Shown here: positions 38,301 to 64,000 of the stretch, one piece after another
Layout of the letters: every line of letters begins with the position of its first letter
Numbering within the stretch: the first letter of the stretch is position 1
Assembly: GCF_009914755.1 (NCBI RefSeq)
Contig: NC_060943.1
Origin: the human T2T-CHM13v2.0 reference genome, Homo sapiens
Length of the DNA stretch: 64,000 nt
Direction: 5' to 3' (one strand)
Made by a program: the position numbers and the translations under genes
Notes under the pieces: model-generated
The model's input: only the letters and a program-made list of their open reading frames with translations
What the model was told of the DNA's origin: nothing
The model's database searches: none

Positions 38301-39145
38301 GGGAGTGGGGACCGAGGTGCAGGAGGCAGAGCCTCAGTGCAGTGACTGCTCCCCACAGGACGCGGATGGGCGCTGCAGTGCCTGTGGGTGGGTGAGCGCA
38401 GTGAGGCGGTGGAAGTGAGGGTGTGAAGGGCAACTCGAGGCAGCTTCTCTCCGGTCCACTACACACCCCACCTTGTCCCACCTCCACACCTTTGCCAGGC
38501 CGTTCCGGCCACCTGGAACGTCTCCCTCCACCGTTTGCCCGGCCCATTTCCCCGGTTCAAGTGGCATCACCTCCAGGCCTGTGTGTGCTGGAGTCGGGAG
38601 GTGTGGGCGGCGCGAGTTTTTCGTGCAGGGCCTTGAGAGTGGCAGGAGGACTTTAGCTTTTGCTCGGAGGGAGGTGTGAGTCCTGGAGGTTTAGAGCTGG
38701 GGCGGTGGGAGAAATGATCCCAGCAGTCCCTTACCCTCCCCACGGCCTCCTCACTTCCTCCTATTTTTACACAAAATGCCTCCACCACCCTTCAAACCCT
38801 GAATCTTTTATTTTATTTTATTTTTGAGATAGGGTCTGGCTCTGTCACCCAGGCTGGAGTGCAGTGGTGTCTTCACAGCTCACCGTAGCCTCGATCTCCT
38901 GGGTCCAACTGATCCTCCTACCTCAGCCTGTGAGTAACTGGAACTACAGATGCATGATACCTCACCTAGCTAATTTTTTAAAAAAAAATTTGTAGGCTGT
39001 GTGCGGTGGCTCACACCTGTAATCCCAGCACTTTGGGAGGCCGAGGCAGGCGGATCAAGAGGTCAGGAGATCGAGACCATCCTGGCTAACACGGTGAAAC
39101 CCCATCTCTACTAAAAATACAAAAAATAAGCCGGGCGTGGTGTCA

Positions 39146-39286
<141 letters not shown>

Positions 39287-39447
39287 TTACATTTAAAAAT
39301 GTATATATGGCTAATGACTGCTGTACCGAACAAACCAGTCCCCAAAAGCAAATGAAATAACAGCTGCCACCAAGTACCACGGTCACACCTAAAAACCAAT
39401 TAACACCTCGACAGCTCCTCACGCAGGTTCCGTTTACTCGGGAGTAG

Positions 39448-40011
<564 letters not shown>

Positions 40012-40014
40012 TGA

Positions 40015-40369
<355 letters not shown>

Positions 40370-40532
40370 TAGTAGAGACGGGGTTTCTCCATGTTGCTCA
40401 GGCTGATCTCGAACTCCAGAGCTCAGGTGATCTGCCCACCTCAGCCTCCCAAAGTGCTGGGATTACAGGCGTGAGTCACTGTGCCCGGCCCAATTTTTAA
40501 TTTTTTGTAGAAATGGAAGTCTCACTAGGTAG

Positions 40533-41096
<564 letters not shown>

Positions 41097-41393
41097 TCAT
41101 GATCCACCAGCCTCAGCCTCCCAAAGTGCTGGGATTACAGGCGTGAGCCACCGCGCCCGGCCTGGTCTCAAACTTTTGACCTCGTGATCCACCAGCCTCA
41201 GCCTCCCAAAGTGCTGGGATTATAGGCGTGAGCCACGGCGCCTGGCCGCAAAAATGGAACTTCTGCATCACAGGTGACTAACGGTGCCAGGCACACAGTA
41301 GGTGTTCAATAAATCACTTTGGACTAAAAGAACACAGAGGCCAAGGGGAAGTGAAGAAACGACTCACAGGTCAGTTTTATTGGGTGCCTAGTG

Positions 41394-41698
41394 CAGGGGT
41401 CAGTACACTACGGCCCTCGGATCAGCTCTGGCCCTCTGCCTGTTTTTGTAAATAAAGTTTTATTGGGTGCCTAGTGCAGGGGTCAGTACACTACGGCCCT
41501 GGGATAAGCTCTGGCCCACTGCCTGTTTTTGTAAATAAAGTTTTATGGGCACAGAGCCATGCCCATGGTTTTACATATTGTCTCTGGCTACTTTCACTCT
41601 GCGATGGCAGAGCAGAGTCATTGCCGCAGAGACTGTGGCCTGCAATGCTGAAAATATTTACTCTCTGGCCCTTTACAGAAAAAGTTTGCCAAACCCTG
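41394..41698 (+). mobile_element. MER58A (hAT-Charlie) DNA transposon with a tandem duplication of its 5' end
   Basis: CAGGGGTC...CCTGTTTTTGTAAATAAAGTTTTATTGG...AAAATATTTACTCTCTGGCCCTTTACAGAAAAAGTTTGCCAAACCCTG; CTAGTG on both flanks. Confidence 0.85.
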
Positions 41699-43161
41699 AG
41701 CTAGTGTGTGCTGGGCCCTGTGCCAAGCCCTTTGTGTGTGCTCACTCAGTTAACCCTCCCACAGCCTTAAGGGTGGGGGCAGGGGGGTGGGGGGGAATAA
41801 GGCTCCGAGAGGTTGAGAAACAGACCCAGGGTCACACAGCTTGGAGATGGGTGAGCTGGGAATCAGACAGACCCGGGACCCCTGATATTCTTTAGGATCT
41901 TAGCTTTGTTAACCTTTGCTAATTTATCTTATTGTCTTAAATGCTAAAATGAATACACATTCATTGTAAAAAGGGAGGAATAAAGAAAAGGTGTTGACGG
42001 CCTTCTTCAGCCTGGGGTACATCCTGCCGTATCTTTCTCCACAGCTCATCCGGGGCTACTTTCCTTTAAATCTACAGCCATTCAGCAAACATCGGCAGAG
42101 GAGAACCGTTTTATAAGAAAACTAAGAAGTTTGGAAGAATCTTTCCTTCCTGCCCACCCTGGACCCCCATGAGTAGGTGTGCTGGGGCTGGTCTGCAGTG
42201 TTCTCACGGGAAACCAGGAAGCTGGGCCCAAGGCCTACATGTTGGGGAAGACAGGTCCTGCCTGTCTCCTGCTGTGGCTCCCCAGTGCTCTGAGGACAAA
42301 GCCTGAGCTCTCCCTGATTCTCCACCGTCCCTCTCACTCACTCTGGTCGTCTGGTCGCTGGGCCTTTAGTGAGTGTGCCATGGGGGCCCTGGGGCCGATT
42401 AAATTCCAGCCCCGGGGACCAGGCTCAGCTCCCAGCCAGGGCACAGACAGATCAGCACCTGCGGTTGTCTCCACCCCAACCCCCGGCCTTTGCAGGCACA
42501 GCGCCCTCCACCAGATACTCCGGCAAAGGAGGCCTGGGGACCCTGCGAGCGGGGCCGGGGGTGCAGGGAGCTGTCAGCTCCTCGCAGCGGCCTCCCCAGG
42601 ACCCCCCTATCCCCTCGCTCGCCCTGAAATGTGTGTCCCTCTCGGCGTCTGGGCTCTCGAGAAAGGCCTTTGCTTGTCTGACTTCGCGAGGGTCCCGGCT
42701 CTGGCCCAGGAGCTGGGGAGGGGCGGGACTTGGTGACAGCCGGGTCCCAGCACCGCGCCCAGACCTAGGCCCTTCTCAGGGGTGCCCCGGGGCGGGGCGC
42801 GCGGGGCGGGGGGCGGCGGCGGCGCAGCCGGCAGGAGGCGCAGCGCCCGCTCGCAGCGCGGGGAGGTGGGAGGGGAGCGGGGCGGGGAGCGGGGCGGGCG
42901 GGAGGGAGAGGGGAGCGCGCCGGAGACGCGCGCGCCCAGCCCACCCCCCGCGCCCGCCGCCGCCCGGACAATAAACAGCAGCTTTGCGCGGGGCGATGCC
43001 CGAGCCGGTGCCGCCGCCCCCGCGCCGCGCAGCCCCGGCCGCCAGGCCTTAGCCCGCCCCGGCCCCCGCCAGGCCGCGTCCCCCTCCCCTCCCCTCCCCC
43101 GCGCGCCACCCGCGCCCGCCCCCGCCCGGCACCGCGGACCCACCCGGACCTCGGCGGGGAG

Positions 43162-61709
<18,548 letters not shown>

Positions 61710-63019
61710 GTGGGGGCTGCAGCGTGGGTGCCACCGGGCTGGGTGGGGCCTCGGGGGCCGCTGGCTCCCGGGAGGGTGTGGGCTGGGAAGAGTCGTCAGT
61801 GTGCTTTGAGGGAGATGCGTGGACCGGGCAGGCCAGGACCCAACATGCTTTGAGGGGGACGCAGGACGGGACAGATCAGGTTGGGGCATCCACCTGGGTC
61901 TGGGGCAGCTTGCTGGGGGCAGAGGCTGGCTGCGTGGCCTCAGGCAGGGAGATACCCCTTTCCCTTCCCACCGCCCTCGTTTGAGCCAGCGAGGGACGTG
62001 GCGTCGAGCTCCTGGGTCCCTGGAGCTGGCCAGCGGGGGACGTGACGTCGAGCTCGTGGGTCCCTGGAGCTGGGTGTTGCCGGCATTGGCCTCCCTGGGG
62101 GCTTCCTGGCGCCAGCCCAGCTGGCGGGCAAGCGCTCCCATGGTTCGAACGGGATGGATGCAGAGCAGCTGGGCCCGCAGGAAGCTCGGGCGGGGGCAGG
62201 AAGGGGACAGGATGGGGAAAGTGGCAATCCCTGTGGGGGCTGGGACCAAAGGCCTGGAGTTTCCGGCGGGCGGGAGGCCCAGGCTGTGCTCGGGGGCAGC
62301 AGGGTCAGGGTGGAGGGAAGTGACGACCAAGATTCCAAACGTCTGCCCTGGCCAGGGAAGGTGCCCAGAGGCGGGAGGCCGGCCGGATCACACGGACCTC
62401 GCAGGCCCTTCCCAGACGCTGGGTTCTGACCCCGTGGGGGCCCCTCCCTGCCCAGTTCTGCCCATTTGCTTTGAAGAAAGCACGTTGGGGGTGTTCGGGA
62501 TGGACTTCCCTCCTGGGCAGGGCGTGTAAAGGCATGGACAGGCCGGGTGCGGTGGTTCACACCCCTGATCCCAGCACTTTGGGAAGCCGAGGCAGGAGGA
62601 TCACTTGAGATCAGAGGTTCGAGACCAACCTGACCAACATCGTGAAACCCCATCTTTACTAAAAATACAAAAATTAGCCTGGTGTGGTGGTGCCCAGCCT
62701 GTAATCCCAGCTACTCCGGAGGCTGAGGCAGAAGAAGGCCAGGCGCGGTGGCTCAAGCCTGTAATCCTGGCACTTTGGGAGACCGAGGTGGGTGAATCAC
62801 GAGGTCAGGAGATCGAGACCATCCTGGCTAACACAGTGAAACCCCGTCTCTACTAAAAATACAAAAAAATTAGCCAGGCGTGGTGGCGGGCACCTGTAGT
62901 CCCAGCTACTCATGAGACTGAGGCAGGAGAATGGCGTGAACCCGGGAGGCGGAGCTTGCAGTGAGCCAAGATCTCACCGCTGCACTCTGGCCTGGGCAAC
63001 AGAGTGAGACTGGGTCTCA

Positions 63020-63337
<318 letters not shown>

Positions 63338-64000
63338 CTAAAAAAGGAAGGTATGGACAGGGTGGGGCAGTTCTGGTGGGTTTGGGGCCTTGGAATGAGC
63401 CGAGTGTTACCCACTCCCTGGGCCTCAGTTTCCTCACCTGTGAACCAGGGAGGCAAAAATCCCACGGTGCGTCTTTTTTTTTTTTTTTTTTTTTTTTTGA
63501 GAAGGAGTCTCGCTCTGTCGCCCAGGCTGGAGTGCGGTGGCGCGATCTCAGCTCACTGCAAGCTCCGCCTCCCGGGTTCACGCCATTCTCCTGCCTCAGC
63601 CTTCTGAGTAGCTGGGATTACAGGTGCCCGCCACGCCTGGCTAATTTTGCATTTTTAGTAGAGACGGGGTTTCACCATGTTGGTTAGGCTGGTCTCGAAC
63701 TCCCAACCTCAGCTGATCCGCCCGCCTCTGCCTTCCAAAGTGCTGGGATTACAGGTGTGAGCCACTGCGCCTGGCCCCACTGTGCATCTTAATTCCAGCA
63801 AACATTAAGCACCAGCTGTGTCCCTGGGCTGGACGGGATGTTCAGACCGAGGTGGGGCTGAGACGGGCCTGGCCCTGTCTGCAGAGAGGTGGATGGTCAG
63901 ACACCTGGGCGAAGGCAGTGGGAGTTACTGGCCGTGGGGGCTGGGCACACTGGTGTTCTTTTCACGCGGCCCTAGTGGGCACAGGCTCAGGCCCCTCGAT

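Noticed and set aside
42970-42975. AATAAA in the PALM promoter/leader as a poly(A) signal
   Set aside because: There is no downstream GU/U-rich element and it sits at a CpG-island start region; better read as a DNA motif.

Overview
This is human (primate) genomic DNA, GC-rich and very Alu-dense, recognisable as the chr19p13.3 FSTL3-PRSS57-PALM interval. It holds three protein-coding genes. FSTL3 is complete (+ strand, 5 exons, 263 aa). PRSS57/NSP4 is complete (- strand, 5 exons, 283/282 aa) and carries a processed RPS2 pseudogene in intron 3. PALM (paralemmin-1, + strand) is represented by its first four coding exons. All exon boundaries were reconstructed by hand and give GT-AG introns with consistent phases. 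The remainder is Alus, a solo MER11 (HML-8) LTR with a perfect 6-bp TSD, MLT1/L1/L2/MER58A/MADE1 relics and an unusual number of minisatellites, several of which are arrays of transcription-factor motifs (HRE/SBE, NF-kB, GC box, GGGTCA). I found no prokaryotic-type novel system, no CRISPR array and no credible new protein-coding gene; most long ORFs in the track are repeat artefacts. The best unexplained leads are: (1) a candidate alternative PALM first exon in an intronic CpG island whose start codon would be created by splicing (AT|G); (2) a stop-free, 3n intron 1 in PRSS57; (3) duplicated splice sites in FSTL3 intron 3 and PRSS57 intron 2; (4) a set of copy-number-variable motif arrays around FSTL3.
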